A DNA stretch of 64,000 nt from Deltaproteobacteria bacterium GWC2_42_11 (GTDB lineage Bacteria > Desulfobacterota > GWC2-55-46 > UBA9637 > GWC2-42-11): positions 15,879 through 79,878 of the forward strand of contig MGPS01000070.1 of assembly GCA_001797495.1 (NCBI GenBank). The letters are read 5' to 3'. A program made the translations under genes and the position numbers. Below the pieces are notes generated by a model. The model had not been told where the DNA came from. It made no database searches and saw nothing but the letters and a program-made list of their open reading frames with translations. This document shows positions 8,906 through 18,715 of this stretch, piece by piece (the stretch's first letter is position 1; the number at the start of each line of letters is the position of its first letter).

Positions 8906-9136
8906 ATGGGATTGGACAGGCTAGATGCCCTTGAGCAGAAGGTAGGCAGCCTTATTAAAATGTATGAGGTGTTGGGAGAGGAGAACAGGAAACTTGCTGA
9001 TGAACTGGAATTCAAAGAAGAGGAGTTAAAGAAGGTTAGAGAGAGGCTGAACAGGATAGAGAGCGAAAAAGGGTTAATTAAGGAGAAGGTAGAAGGCATA
9101 CTGGGGAAAATAGATGGTTTGATGCAGAATGCATGA
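8906..9136 (+). CDS. Small coiled-coil protein, ZapB-like cell division factor
   Basis: A 76-aa all-heptad coiled coil (LEQKVGSLIKMYEVLGEENRKL...) lies immediately upstream of zapA. Confidence 0.45.
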   Translation: MGLDRLDALEQKVGSLIKMYEVLGEENRKLADELEFKEEELKKVRERLNRIESEKGLIKEKVEGILGKIDGLMQNA

Positions 9137-9154
9137 TATAAAAAGAGGTATGAA

Positions 9155-9433
9155 TTGAGCAGCCCTGTTGAAGTCAAAATTTTAGAGCATAAACTAATAG
9201 TCAGGAATGAAGAAGGTGAAGAATATACTAAAAATATAGCGGACTATGTAAACGGTAAGGTACACGAAATAAAAGGGAATGCAAAGGCTGCATCCAAACT
9301 TGATATTGCACTGCTCACAGCGATGAATATAGCGGATGATTACATGAAGGCGAAGAACAGGCTTGTAATGATCGAATCGAGGACAGGAAGACTTATTGAA
9401 CTGTTAGATAAAAAGATTTTCATGGAGGACTGA
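9155..9433 (+). CDS. zapA: Cell division protein ZapA
   Basis: The sequence VEVKILEHKLIVRNEEGEEY...LDIALLTAMNIADDY has the ZapA pattern. The gene lies in the conserved zapA-ssrS-ygfA synteny. Confidence 0.7.
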   Translation: MSSPVEVKILEHKLIVRNEEGEEYTKNIADYVNGKVHEIKGNAKAASKLDIALLTAMNIADDYMKAKNRLVMIESRTGRLIELLDKKIFMED

Positions 9434-9435
9434 AC

Positions 9436-9616
9436 TTTCCCCTGCTATGTTCGTGATTAGCAGAATATTCAGAACCAACACCATCAAATAGGGAGCCTTC
9501 CCTGACTGACAGCCGACAATCCTGCTGGACGGGAAGTCGAAAGCAGTTAATTAAGGCACCCACCTATTTTATAGGTTCGAATAGACTGCTGACACGGCAT
9601 TACAGCGGGGGAGATA
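9436..9616 (+). ncRNA. ssrS: 6S RNA (ssrS)
   Basis: It lies between zapA and 5-formyl-THF cyclo-ligase, as in many bacteria. The 5' end UUUCCCCUGCUAUGUUCGUG pairs with the 3' end CACGGCAUUACAGCGGGGGAGA to form a closing stem. An internal ACCUAUUUUAUAGGUUCGAAUAGACUGCUGAC region resembles the E. coli 6S central-bubble flank. Length is ~180 nt. Confidence 0.75.
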
Positions 9617-9656
9617 AAATTTTAAATAGGAATAGAGAGGTAAGAAAGGCAGAGTA

Positions 9657-9684
9657 CCCATCTGAAAACGATGGGTTGGGCTTT
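9657..9684 (+). terminator. Stem-loop downstream of 6S RNA
   Basis: cccatc-tgaaaac-gatggg hairpin followed by ttgggcttt; the U-run is weak. Confidence 0.3.
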
Positions 9685-9977
9685 AAAGAAGGTTAAAAGG
9701 GTTAGATACAAAAAAAAGGATATGTTTACTGGCAGTTTAAAGTTCATAAAGTTACAAGTTATAAAGTAAATGGCAATTCAAATGAAAAACATAGTGATAT
9801 TAAAGTTAATTAAAGTTCATAAAGTTGAAGGTCATAGAGTTAAAGAACATTTTAGGAACTCTATAAACTTTATGAGCTTTATAAACTTTATAACTTTATA
9901 ACTTTAAACCGATACATCTGTATATCCTTTGCTATAATCCCTTCTTTAAACCTTATCATTAGCCTTTCCTAAAAATT

Positions 9978-10583
9978 GTGGACACTGCTGCAAATGATAA
10001 GAGTGCCTTGCGAAATGTCATCCTTCTAAAGCGTATAAAAATGTCTTTTGAAGATGTGTTCAGGATAAGCAGCATAATTCAGAAAAGATTTTTGCGATTA
10101 AACTCATACAAGACTTTTAAAAAACTGGCGCTTTATGCAAGTTTTAAAAATGAGGTGCTTACAGATAGTATAATGAACCATGCGATTGCTAATGGTAAGA
10201 ATGTGTATTTCCCAAAGGTTGTCAATGAATATAAAGGGCATAGAGGACTCAAGTTTGTAGAAGTTAAGGGAAAGAATGATTTTGAGCCGGGCTCATACGA
10301 TATCCATGAACCAGTTGGTAAATGCGATATGCCAGATATCAAAAAATTTGATACTGTTGTTGTGCCGGGCATAGCATTTGATATTTCTGGCAGCAGGCTG
10401 GGTTATGGCAAGGGCTATTATGATAAGGTTCTGTTTGGTCTAAAGGGATATGCAATACTAATCGGTCTTGCATTTGATTTTCAGGTTGTAAAAACACTAT
10501 CTACTGAAAGTCACGATGTTAGTATGGATATGATAATAACAGAAAGACGGATAATCAGAACAGGTAATAATTTTAGGTTATAA
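9978..10583 (+). CDS. ygfA: 5-formyltetrahydrofolate cyclo-ligase
   Basis: The GYGKGYYDK motif is present, with the ...VVVPGIAFD pattern. Position after ssrS matches E. coli synteny. The true start may be the internal Met (MSFEDVF). Confidence 0.75.
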   Translation: MDTAANDKSALRNVILLKRIKMSFEDVFRISSIIQKRFLRLNSYKTFKKLALYASFKNEVLTDSIMNHAIANGKNVYFPKVVNEYKGHRGLKFVEVKGKNDFEPGSYDIHEPVGKCDMPDIKKFDTVVVPGIAFDISGSRLGYGKGYYDKVLFGLKGYAILIGLAFDFQVVKTLSTESHDVSMDMIITERRIIRTGNNFRL

Positions 10584-10615
10584 AAAAAATCCGAATCAGA
10601 AAGGAGTGATATAAG

Positions 10616-12175
10616 ATGGAAATAATGAATGTAATATTGATATCTGTTTTAGTCTTGGCTGTTGGTATTTTAATAGGTTATATCATCCGCAGATTATTTG
10701 TAGAGGCAGGTCTGGAGAATGCAAAAAAACTTGCGCAGTCCATTATTGAAGAGGCAAATAAAGATGCGGAAAATATAAAAAAGGAGGCAAACCTTCAGGC
10801 AAAGGATAGACTCTATCAGGGTAAGATAGAACTGGATAAGGAGATAAAGGAGAGAAGGCATGAACTCCAGAATCTGGAAAAAAGGCTCTCCAGCAAAGAG
10901 GAAAACCTTGACAGGAAAATAGAACTCTTTGATAAAAAGGAGGCGGAACTTCTTAAGAGGGAGAAAGATATAGTCAATCGCGATAAGATTGTTCAGGAAA
11001 AAGAAAGGCAATACACAGAACTTTTGAACGAGCAAAAGGTTAAACTTGAAAGGGTATCAGGGATGTCATCAGAGGAGGCTAAGAGGGTTCTCATAGAATC
11101 TATGGAGGATGAAGCAAAACATGATGCTGCAAAACTTATAAAAGCTATTACTGAAGAGGCAATAGAGAATGCCAATAAAAAGGCGCAAGAAATAATGGCT
11201 ACGGCCATACAGAGATATGCTGGTGAATATGTTGCAGAAAGGACTACATCTGTTGTTAATCTTCCAAATGATGAGATGAAAGGCAGAATCATCGGAAGAG
11301 AGGGCAGGAATATAAGGGCAATAGAGGCTGCAACAGGGATTGATATAATAATAGACGATACGCCTGAGGCTGTTATACTTTCAGGGCACAACCCTGTAAG
11401 GAGAGAGATTGCAAAGATTACAATAGAACGGCTTATAGCAGATGGCAGGATACACCCTGCAAGGGTAGAAGAGGTTGTTGAGAAGGTTGAACAGGAGATT
11501 GAACAAACAATGAAAGAGGCAGGTGAGCGGGCTGTTTTTGACACAGGAATGCACGGAATACATCCTGATATTGTAAAACTTATTGGCAGATTAAAGTTTA
11601 GGACAAGTTATGCCCAGAATGTATATGTCCATTCAATGGAGGTTGCATTTATTTGCGGCATAATGGCTGCAGAGCTTGGACTTTCTACAAAACAGGCAAG
11701 AAGGGCAGGACTCCTGCACGACATCGGTAAGGCAGTTGACCATGAGGTTGAAGGCCCGCATGCAGCCATTGGCGGTGATCTAGCAAGGAAATATGGCGAA
11801 TCGCCAAAGATTGTGTCAGCAATTACAGAGCATCACGATGATCATCCTGCTTCAATAATGGGCATACTTGTTCAGGCAGCAGATGCACTTTCTGCTGCAA
11901 GACCAGGTGCAAGAAAAGAGATGATGGAGACATATGTAAAAAGGCTTGAAGACCTTGAAAAAATAGCAACATCATTTTCTGGTGTTGAAAAATCATATGC
12001 AATTCAGGCAGGCAGAGAAATCAGGGTTATTGTAAGCAATCAAACAATCTCTGATGAGGGCGCTGTTGTATTATCAAAGGATATTGCAAGGAAGATAGAA
12101 AAGGAACTCTCGTACCCTGGTCAGATAAAGGTTACTGTTATAAGGGAAGCAAGGGCAGTTGATTATGCCAGATAA
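10616..12175 (+). CDS. rny: Ribonuclease Y
   Basis: An N-terminal TM segment and coiled coil are followed by a KH domain (GREGRNIRAIEAATGIDIIID) and an HD domain (HSMEVA...LLHDIGKA). Confidence 0.9.
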   Translation: MEIMNVILISVLVLAVGILIGYIIRRLFVEAGLENAKKLAQSIIEEANKDAENIKKEANLQAKDRLYQGKIELDKEIKERRHELQNLEKRLSSKEENLDRKIELFDKKEAELLKREKDIVNRDKIVQEKERQYTELLNEQKVKLERVSGMSSEEAKRVLIESMEDEAKHDAAKLIKAITEEAIENANKKAQEIMATAIQRYAGEYVAERTTSVVNLPNDEMKGRIIGREGRNIRAIEAATGIDIIIDDTPEAVILSGHNPVRREIAKITIERLIADGRIHPARVEEVVEKVEQEIEQTMKEAGERAVFDTGMHGIHPDIVKLIGRLKFRTSYAQNVYVHSMEVAFICGIMAAELGLSTKQARRAGLLHDIGKAVDHEVEGPHAAIGGDLARKYGESPKIVSAITEHHDDHPASIMGILVQAADALSAARPGARKEMMETYVKRLEDLEKIATSFSGVEKSYAIQAGREIRVIVSNQTISDEGAVVLSKDIARKIEKELSYPGQIKVTVIREARAVDYAR

Positions 12176-12959
12176 TACTGTCAACTGCCTCTTTATCGGC
12201 GATATTATAGGCAGACCCGGCAGGATTGCCGTGAGAGATTATCTGCCTACCCTGACTGCCAGATATTCTACTGATATTGTGCTTGCAAACGGTGAGAATG
12301 CAGCAGGGGGGTTTGGTATTACACCTCAGATCGCAGAAGAACTTCTCAATTCAGGTATAGATGTTATAACATCAGGCAACCATATTTGGGACAAGAAGGA
12401 GATTATTGATTATATAAAGGACAGGAAGTGGCTTATGAGACCTGCAAATTATCCTCCCAATGTCCCTGGTTCTGGCTCAACTATATTCAAAACAAAAAGA
12501 GGTTATAATATTGGAGTTGTTAATCTTTGCGGCAGGGTTTTTATGGATGCCCTTGACTGTCCTTTCAGGGTTGGAAAGGAAATAGTTGAATCAATGAGAG
12601 AAAAAACAAATATAATTATTGTTGATATGCATGCAGAGACCACATCAGAAAAGGCTGCGATTGCATTTTATCTGGATAGTATGGTAAGTGCAGTTATTGG
12701 GACGCATACCCATGTTCAGACAGCAGATGAAAGGATACTCCCAAACGGCACTGCATTTATAACAGATGCCGGCATGACAGGTTCTGTAAATTCTGTAATA
12801 GGCATACAAAAGGATATTATAATCCAGCGGTTTTTAACCCAGATGCCGAAAAAATTTGAGGTTGAAACAAAGGATATTGAACTTCAGGGTGTTGTGATTT
12901 CAATAAATGTTGAAACAGGTCTTGCAAATAGCATCGAAAGGATTAAAATAAAAGTCTGA
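12159..12959 (+). CDS. ymdB: YmdB-family metallophosphoesterase (2',3'-cyclic-nucleotide phosphodiesterase)
   Basis: The sequence FIGDIIGRPGR...GENAAGGFGIT...GNHIWDKKE shows the TIGR00282 pattern. The gene overlaps the rny stop, the usual rny-ymdB pairing. Confidence 0.85.
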   Translation: MIMPDNTVNCLFIGDIIGRPGRIAVRDYLPTLTARYSTDIVLANGENAAGGFGITPQIAEELLNSGIDVITSGNHIWDKKEIIDYIKDRKWLMRPANYPPNVPGSGSTIFKTKRGYNIGVVNLCGRVFMDALDCPFRVGKEIVESMREKTNIIIVDMHAETTSEKAAIAFYLDSMVSAVIGTHTHVQTADERILPNGTAFITDAGMTGSVNSVIGIQKDIIIQRFLTQMPKKFEVETKDIELQGVVISINVETGLANSIERIKIKV

Positions 12960-12965
12960 ACCTAT

Positions 12966-14174
12966 ATGGATAATACCGCTCTCATCAAACAGTTGTCTAT
13001 TATAAAGAGGGGCGCTGTTGAGATTATCCTTGAAGACGAGTTTATAAAAAAACTTGAGAAATCTCTCAGGACAGGCAAGCCTTTAAGGATAAAGGCAGGT
13101 TTCGACCCTACTGCCCCTGACCTGCATCTGGGGCATACCGTCCTTTTACACAAACTTAGGCAGTTTCAGGAAATCGGACACGAAGTGTTTTTTCTTATAG
13201 GTGATTTTACCGGTATGATAGGAGACCCGACAGGCAAATCAGAGACAAGAAAACCGCTTACAAAAGACGAAGTCTTGAAGAATGCTGAAACCTACAGGTC
13301 ACAGGTCTTTAAAATACTTGATGAGAAAAGGACAAAGATTGTTTTTAACAGCGAATGGATGAACAAGGTAAATGCCTCTGACCTTATATCGCTTGCAGCA
13401 AAGCACACAGTTGCCAGAATGCTTGAGAGGGATGATTTTCATAAGAGATATTCCTCACACCGTCCTATTGCCATACATGAATTTTTATATCCTATCATAC
13501 AAGGCTATGATTCAGTTGTATTGAACGCAGATGTAGAAATAGGCGGAACAGATCAGAAGTTTAATCTCCTTATAGGGAGGGAACTGCAGAGAGAATTTGG
13601 TCAGGAGCCGCAGATCGTTATAACAATGCCGCTTCTTGAGGGGCTTGACGGTGTACAGAAGATGAGTAAGTCCCTTGGAAATTACATAGGTATTACCGAT
13701 AGTCCGAAGGATATGTTAGGTAAGGTAATGTCTATATCTGATGAACTTATGATAAAATATTACGAACTCTTAAGTGATGTTACAGATGACAGATTCGAGG
13801 CTGTAAAGAAAGGCAATGTTCATCCTAAGACTGCAAAAGAGGAACTGGCAGAGGAGATTGTAAAAAGGTATCACGGCAGTGATGCTGCTAAAAAGGCAAG
13901 GGAGGAATTTAATGCAGTATTCAGAGACAAATGCCTGCCTGATGATATAGAAGGGATAATCTTAAAAAAGGATGGTAATTTTATCTGGCTTGCAAAGGCA
14001 GTGGTAATGGCAGGTCTTGCAGGTTCTACATCTGAGGCAAAGAGGCTCATTGAACAGGGCGGTGTGACAATTGATGGTGAGAAGATTACGGACAGCAGAA
14101 AGGAAATACCCACAGGCAAAAACTATCTGTTTAAGGTTGGTAAAAAGGGATTTAAAAGGATATATTTTTCTTGA
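12966..14174 (+). CDS. tyrS: Tyrosine--tRNA ligase with a C-terminal S4 domain
   Basis: HLGH (HIGH) and KMSKS motifs are present, with the GFDPTA...LHLGH pattern. Confidence 0.9.
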   Translation: MDNTALIKQLSIIKRGAVEIILEDEFIKKLEKSLRTGKPLRIKAGFDPTAPDLHLGHTVLLHKLRQFQEIGHEVFFLIGDFTGMIGDPTGKSETRKPLTKDEVLKNAETYRSQVFKILDEKRTKIVFNSEWMNKVNASDLISLAAKHTVARMLERDDFHKRYSSHRPIAIHEFLYPIIQGYDSVVLNADVEIGGTDQKFNLLIGRELQREFGQEPQIVITMPLLEGLDGVQKMSKSLGNYIGITDSPKDMLGKVMSISDELMIKYYELLSDVTDDRFEAVKKGNVHPKTAKEELAEEIVKRYHGSDAAKKAREEFNAVFRDKCLPDDIEGIILKKDGNFIWLAKAVVMAGLAGSTSEAKRLIEQGGVTIDGEKITDSRKEIPTGKNYLFKVGKKGFKRIYFS

Positions 14175-14372
14175 TAGTTTTTCTGGTGCGATTTTATATA
14201 GAGCGTCATAAATAATTACGCATCATAATCAATAAAACACAAGTATTTAATGCGTTTTATTTAAGCCATCAAATAGGTGATGGAGTTCACCTTTAACCGC
14301 TTTAATGGCTGATGACTCCTACAAATTATTGGGAACAGATTTAAAATCTGTCCCCAAAAGGAGGAGGCTGAC

Positions 14373-15533
14373 ATGAAGGCGGATTTTATTCCATTAGTTG
14401 TAGGTTTATTAGTCTTTATCTCAAGTCTGATTTCTTTAAGGGTTGGATTATCCGTAGCAATAATAGAGATACTCCTTGGAGCCATTGCAGGGAATCTGGG
14501 ACTTAAGACAGAGGATTGGATGATATATCTGGCAGGTTTTGGCGGGATTATTTTAACATTTCTGGCAGGAACTGAAATTGATACCCGGCTGATGAAGGAG
14601 AAATTCAAGGAAAGTTTTTTTATTGGTATATTTTCTTTTTTGGTTCCATTTATTGGGGTTTTTCTTTATACCTATCATATTGCAGATTGGTCACTATCCG
14701 CATCACTAATTGCAGGAACCGCATTGTCCACTACATCCCTTGCCGTGGTTTATTCAATTCTTGTGGAAACAGGTTTAACAAAGACGGAGATTGGTAAATT
14801 GATAATGGCATCTACATTTGTAACAGATATGGGGGTTGCGTTTGCAATGAGTATATTATTCATTAAACCTACTCTATATACCTTTGCCTTTATATCGATT
14901 TCTATTATTGTAATAATCTTTGCAATTAAATTTTCTCATTATATCTTTGACAATCCTGAACTAAAGAACAAGGTAGTTGAGCCAGAAATAAAATATATAT
15001 TCCTCCTCATCCTTATTTTTATATACTTTGCAAACATGGGAGATGGGCATGCGGTTCTGCCTGCATTTGTATTAGGACTTTTTATGTCAAGACATTTTAC
15101 CGAGACATCTGAGACAAAGGTAGTTCGGAATAGGCTCCGAACAGTTGCCTATGCAGTAATTACCCCAATATTTTTTGTTGTTGGCGGAATGAAGATTTCT
15201 TTGCCGCTTATTTTATCCGCATTTGGGCTCTTTGTTATCCTTTTTCTCCTCAAGATAGCGGCCAAGTTTATCGGTGTTTATTTTCTTGCAAAAAGATATA
15301 TCCCAGGTGGAAGTATGTACACCACACTTTTGATGAGTACAGGACTTACCTTTGGAACAATAGCGAGTGTATTTGGTTTAAATGCAGGTTTTATAAATCA
15401 GGTGCAGTACTCTGTTCTTGTTGGAGTAGTTGTGGCAAGCGCAGTAATCCCAACATTCATAGCCCAAAAGTGGTTTATGCCTGTTCACTCAGAGGATATA
15501 GTTGATATAAACGGCGATGACATAGATAGATAA
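14373..15533 (+). CDS. Cation:proton antiporter (CPA family Na+/H+ exchanger)
   Basis: Polytopic membrane protein with a Na_H_Exchanger-like helix pattern. Confidence 0.7.
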   Translation: MKADFIPLVVGLLVFISSLISLRVGLSVAIIEILLGAIAGNLGLKTEDWMIYLAGFGGIILTFLAGTEIDTRLMKEKFKESFFIGIFSFLVPFIGVFLYTYHIADWSLSASLIAGTALSTTSLAVVYSILVETGLTKTEIGKLIMASTFVTDMGVAFAMSILFIKPTLYTFAFISISIIVIIFAIKFSHYIFDNPELKNKVVEPEIKYIFLLILIFIYFANMGDGHAVLPAFVLGLFMSRHFTETSETKVVRNRLRTVAYAVITPIFFVVGGMKISLPLILSAFGLFVILFLLKIAAKFIGVYFLAKRYIPGGSMYTTLLMSTGLTFGTIASVFGLNAGFINQVQYSVLVGVVVASAVIPTFIAQKWFMPVHSEDIVDINGDDIDR

Positions 15534-15542
15534 CGGTGTAGA

Positions 15543-16742
15543 ATGTTTCAGCCTTTGAACAGTAAAACAGAACATAAGAAAATCTTTGGGTTCCAGAAAA
15601 ATGTTTTTGTTGCCGGTCTTGTAAGTCTTTTCATGGATATATCCTCTGAAATGATATATCCCCTTGTCCCGCTTTTTCTTGCAACTGTCCTTGGAACAAC
15701 TAAAACCACAATAGGTCTTATAGAAGGCATAGCAGAATCTACAGCCAGCATCTTAAAGGTCTTTTCAGGCTATCTTTCTGATGTGCTTGGCAGACGAAAA
15801 CTTCTGATGGCTATAGGCTATGGTGTATCTGTTTTAAGCAGGCCTGTAACGGCATTATCAACAACATGGTTCCATGTGCTTTTTGCAAGGTTTGTAGACA
15901 GGTTCGGCAAAGGCATAAGGACAGCGCCAAGGGATGCAATAATAGCAGATTCTGCAGATGGAAATAATCTCGGTAGGGCATTTGGTTTTCACAGGACAAT
16001 GGATACAATCGGCGCTGTTATAGGACCTGCCATTGCTTTTTTTATACTCCTGCTATTTGCAAATAATTTTAGACTTGTCTTCTGGCTTTCTCTGATACCG
16101 GGCATTATAGCGGTAATTTTAATAGTATTCTTTATCACTGAAAAGAGAAAAACAAGAGATGAACTTGCAAAATTGCCGAAGATTACATTCAAAGACTTTA
16201 ATGGAGACTTCAGGCACTATATAGTCGTGATTGCACTCTTTTCCATTGGCAATACAAGTGATGCATTCTTGATACTTCGGGCAGAAAATCTGGGGGTGAG
16301 TAAGGAATATATCCCGATAATCTATCTCATGTTCAATCTTGTATATTCTGTTTCATCAATGCCTTTAGGGATACTTGCGGATAAGATAGGCATGAGAAAG
16401 ATGATTATACTTGGGTTTATTTTTTACGCACTTATTTATTTTGGTTTTGGTATTGCAGACTCTTCATTCTATGTCCTACCGCTCTTCTGTCTTTACGGCA
16501 TATTCAAAGGCATGAGCGAAGGCACACAACGTGCCTATCTTGCAACCCTCGCACCACCTGAAAGGAAGGCAACTGCATTCGGAGTCTATCATACGGTTGT
16601 TGGAATCTCACTTTTGCCAGCAAGCATAATCGGCGGCATTTTGTGGGATAAAATCGGTGCAGAGGCAACATTCTTTTACGGGGCAGTTACAGGCTTTATT
16701 TCAGCAGTACTTTTCATTCTTCTGGTAAGGAACAGCAGGTAA
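15543..16742 (+). CDS. MFS transporter
   Basis: Twelve predicted TM segments. MFS loop motifs GRRKLL and DRFGKG are present. Confidence 0.7.
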   Translation: MFQPLNSKTEHKKIFGFQKNVFVAGLVSLFMDISSEMIYPLVPLFLATVLGTTKTTIGLIEGIAESTASILKVFSGYLSDVLGRRKLLMAIGYGVSVLSRPVTALSTTWFHVLFARFVDRFGKGIRTAPRDAIIADSADGNNLGRAFGFHRTMDTIGAVIGPAIAFFILLLFANNFRLVFWLSLIPGIIAVILIVFFITEKRKTRDELAKLPKITFKDFNGDFRHYIVVIALFSIGNTSDAFLILRAENLGVSKEYIPIIYLMFNLVYSVSSMPLGILADKIGMRKMIILGFIFYALIYFGFGIADSSFYVLPLFCLYGIFKGMSEGTQRAYLATLAPPERKATAFGVYHTVVGISLLPASIIGGILWDKIGAEATFFYGAVTGFISAVLFILLVRNSR

Positions 16743-16745
16743 TTG

Positions 16746-17633
16746 TTAAAGCGGGAGGTCTCTCTTCAGCGCGACCCTTGAACTCATCTCTATCAACGTG
16801 CCCCTTACATCGCCGAAGAATATCAAATCCTTTACAATGCCGCCCATTGGTATCATTTCCTTTGTGAAAAACGCCTCAATCTTGCCTGTCTGCGAACCGA
16901 ATAATTCCTTGTCTATTATAATATCTGCAAGATAGTCAACATCATCAGGGTCGCTGTGTATCCTTTTATTTTTTTCCTCTGCTTTGGCAATCCTTACATA
17001 CATTGTCTTTATACCTTTTTTGGGAAATGTAGGTATATGGTATTCTCTGCCTTCCTCAATTTGTCCGTATGTGCCAAAGCGGAAGTTGTAAAATGCGGCA
17101 AGCGGGTCGTCATATATGGTGTCAGGCGGTATTTCCTCTTCCCTATCCTCCTCCTGCTTATCCCCTGTCCACCTCTTCCATTTCATAAGCCCCTTCTTAT
17201 AGTCTAGATTGGTAACAGTGCGTTTTGTCTTTGTGCCTATTGTAATGGTTTTATCAAAGACACTTGTAATAAACCTCCTGCCGTCAGGGGTTTCATTCAT
17301 ATGGGTTATATATGTGTCTTTGCGGTATCTTGTTACCCAGCCTATAACGCCAAGTGTCTCTGCTTCCAATACAGCGGTATAGCCGCCATTTTCGTTCTTT
17401 TTCAGGCTCATCCTGCCTATTGCAGCCTTTTCAAAGAGCCAAAAGCCTATGTTGTATATGAGTTTCTCACCCTCGAATGCCTCACCTATGCTTTCTGCAT
17501 AGTTTGAATATATTAGCGGGGCAGTCCTGTTTCTGCCATATACTGCCGGAATGGAGTTAAACAATGGTATTCCTCTGCAGGAAGCAATGGCAAAAAATAC
17601 TGACAGGTTTTTTAAGAAAGTGCGTCTATTCAT
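16746..17633 (-). CDS. Secreted hypothetical protein (Tat-like signal; DUF3108-like)
   Basis: MNRRTFLKNL twin-arginine-like leader. No catalytic motif recognised. Confidence 0.35.
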   Translation of the reverse strand: MNRRTFLKNLSVFFAIASCRGIPLFNSIPAVYGRNRTAPLIYSNYAESIGEAFEGEKLIYNIGFWLFEKAAIGRMSLKKNENGGYTAVLEAETLGVIGWVTRYRKDTYITHMNETPDGRRFITSVFDKTITIGTKTKRTVTNLDYKKGLMKWKRWTGDKQEEDREEEIPPDTIYDDPLAAFYNFRFGTYGQIEEGREYHIPTFPKKGIKTMYVRIAKAEEKNKRIHSDPDDVDYLADIIIDKELFGSQTGKIEAFFTKEMIPMGGIVKDLIFFGDVRGTLIEMSSRVALKRDLPL

Positions 17634-18526
17634 TGGTCAGTAACCAGTGATGAGGCAGGTACAACATCTATACCTTCACCTTTTATTATCGGTGACATCT
17701 CTTTTATTGCGGCGAATGTTGCAGGGTGCGGATGCCCTATTGCTATTGCCGAATTATTCTTCTTCGCCTTTTTTATCAAATCGTTTATCTGTCTCTTTAT
17801 ATATGAAACATCCTGCTCGTTATCAAGGAATACCTGCCTCTCTGCCATGTTCAATCCTATCTCCTTTGCTATTCTCTTTACAGCAGAATTCGGTGTTGTC
17901 TTGCTGTCAAGGAAAAAAAGACCTCTTTCCTTTACTGCACTCAACACCACCCTCATGTGTTTTACATCCTCTGTTAATTTTGATCCCATGTGATTGTTTA
18001 CGCCTTTTATATGCGGGACTGCATCAATATCCCTCAAGACCTGCTCACGTATTTCAGCCTCTGACATGGTTGTTAAAATAGAACCCCTGCCAGGGCTGTG
18101 GTTCTTCATATCTTTTGGTTCCATTGGTATATGCAGGAGGATTTCCATATTTGCCTTGTTAGCCTCTTCTGCCACGTCCTTTGAATGGGGTAAGAACGGG
18201 ATGACTGCTATTGTTATCGGCATGTCAATGTCCATTAGTTCCCTGAGGTGCTTTATGTCCTGACCCATGTCATCAATAACTATTGCTATCCTTGGTTTTG
18301 TCTTTTCTACAATCTCTGGCAGAGGTTCAACTCCAGCAGGTTTTTCTTCTGGTTTTGCAAAGGGAGGTGCTGTTGAAGGTATTGTTTCTTTTTTTATGGG
18401 CTCAACACTTCTTTTTTCACCATAATATTTAAAAAAGATTATAACTATTGCAATGCCAATAACAATTCCAAAAGTAAGGGCATTTGACCTTTTCAAATGC
18501 CCTTTATTTTTTTTATTATTACCCAT
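17630..18526 (-). CDS. Divergent polysaccharide deacetylase (YibQ/COG2861 family)
   Basis: An N-terminal TM segment is followed by the PRIAIVIDDMG...PITIAVIP...HIPMEP pattern of the YibQ family. Position next to ctpA/envC is conserved. Confidence 0.65.
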   Translation of the reverse strand: MGNNKKNKGHLKRSNALTFGIVIGIAIVIIFFKYYGEKRSVEPIKKETIPSTAPPFAKPEEKPAGVEPLPEIVEKTKPRIAIVIDDMGQDIKHLRELMDIDMPITIAVIPFLPHSKDVAEEANKANMEILLHIPMEPKDMKNHSPGRGSILTTMSEAEIREQVLRDIDAVPHIKGVNNHMGSKLTEDVKHMRVVLSAVKERGLFFLDSKTTPNSAVKRIAKEIGLNMAERQVFLDNEQDVSYIKRQINDLIKKAKKNNSAIAIGHPHPATFAAIKEMSPIIKGEGIDVVPASSLVTDQ

Positions 18527-18547
18527 TTTAAGGATTTTCCAAAATTG

Positions 18548-18715
18548 CGGTGTGCCTAATGCACAAGATGTTCACACCCAAAAATGCCCAGATGCAAGGC
18601 GGAGCAAGGCTTCAAGCGAGGCATACTTTCATAGTATGTTGAGCGAAGAAGCCGCAGCGACAACACACGGGGCACCCATTGCGGAGCAATGGGTCGGGGT
18701 ATTTTTGGGCGTGAA
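18548..18715 (-). repeat. Dispersed ~170-nt intergenic repeat (family R2), reverse orientation
   Basis: The reverse complement aligns with 38976-39140 over the core GTTGTCGCTGCGGCTTCTKCGCTCAACATACT...AAGTATGCC...TTGCTCCGCCTTGCA. Confidence 0.7.

Noticed and set aside
12960-12965. T-box leader for tyrS
   Set aside because: Only 6 nt separate ymdB and tyrS, so tyrS is co-transcribed and has no leader RNA.
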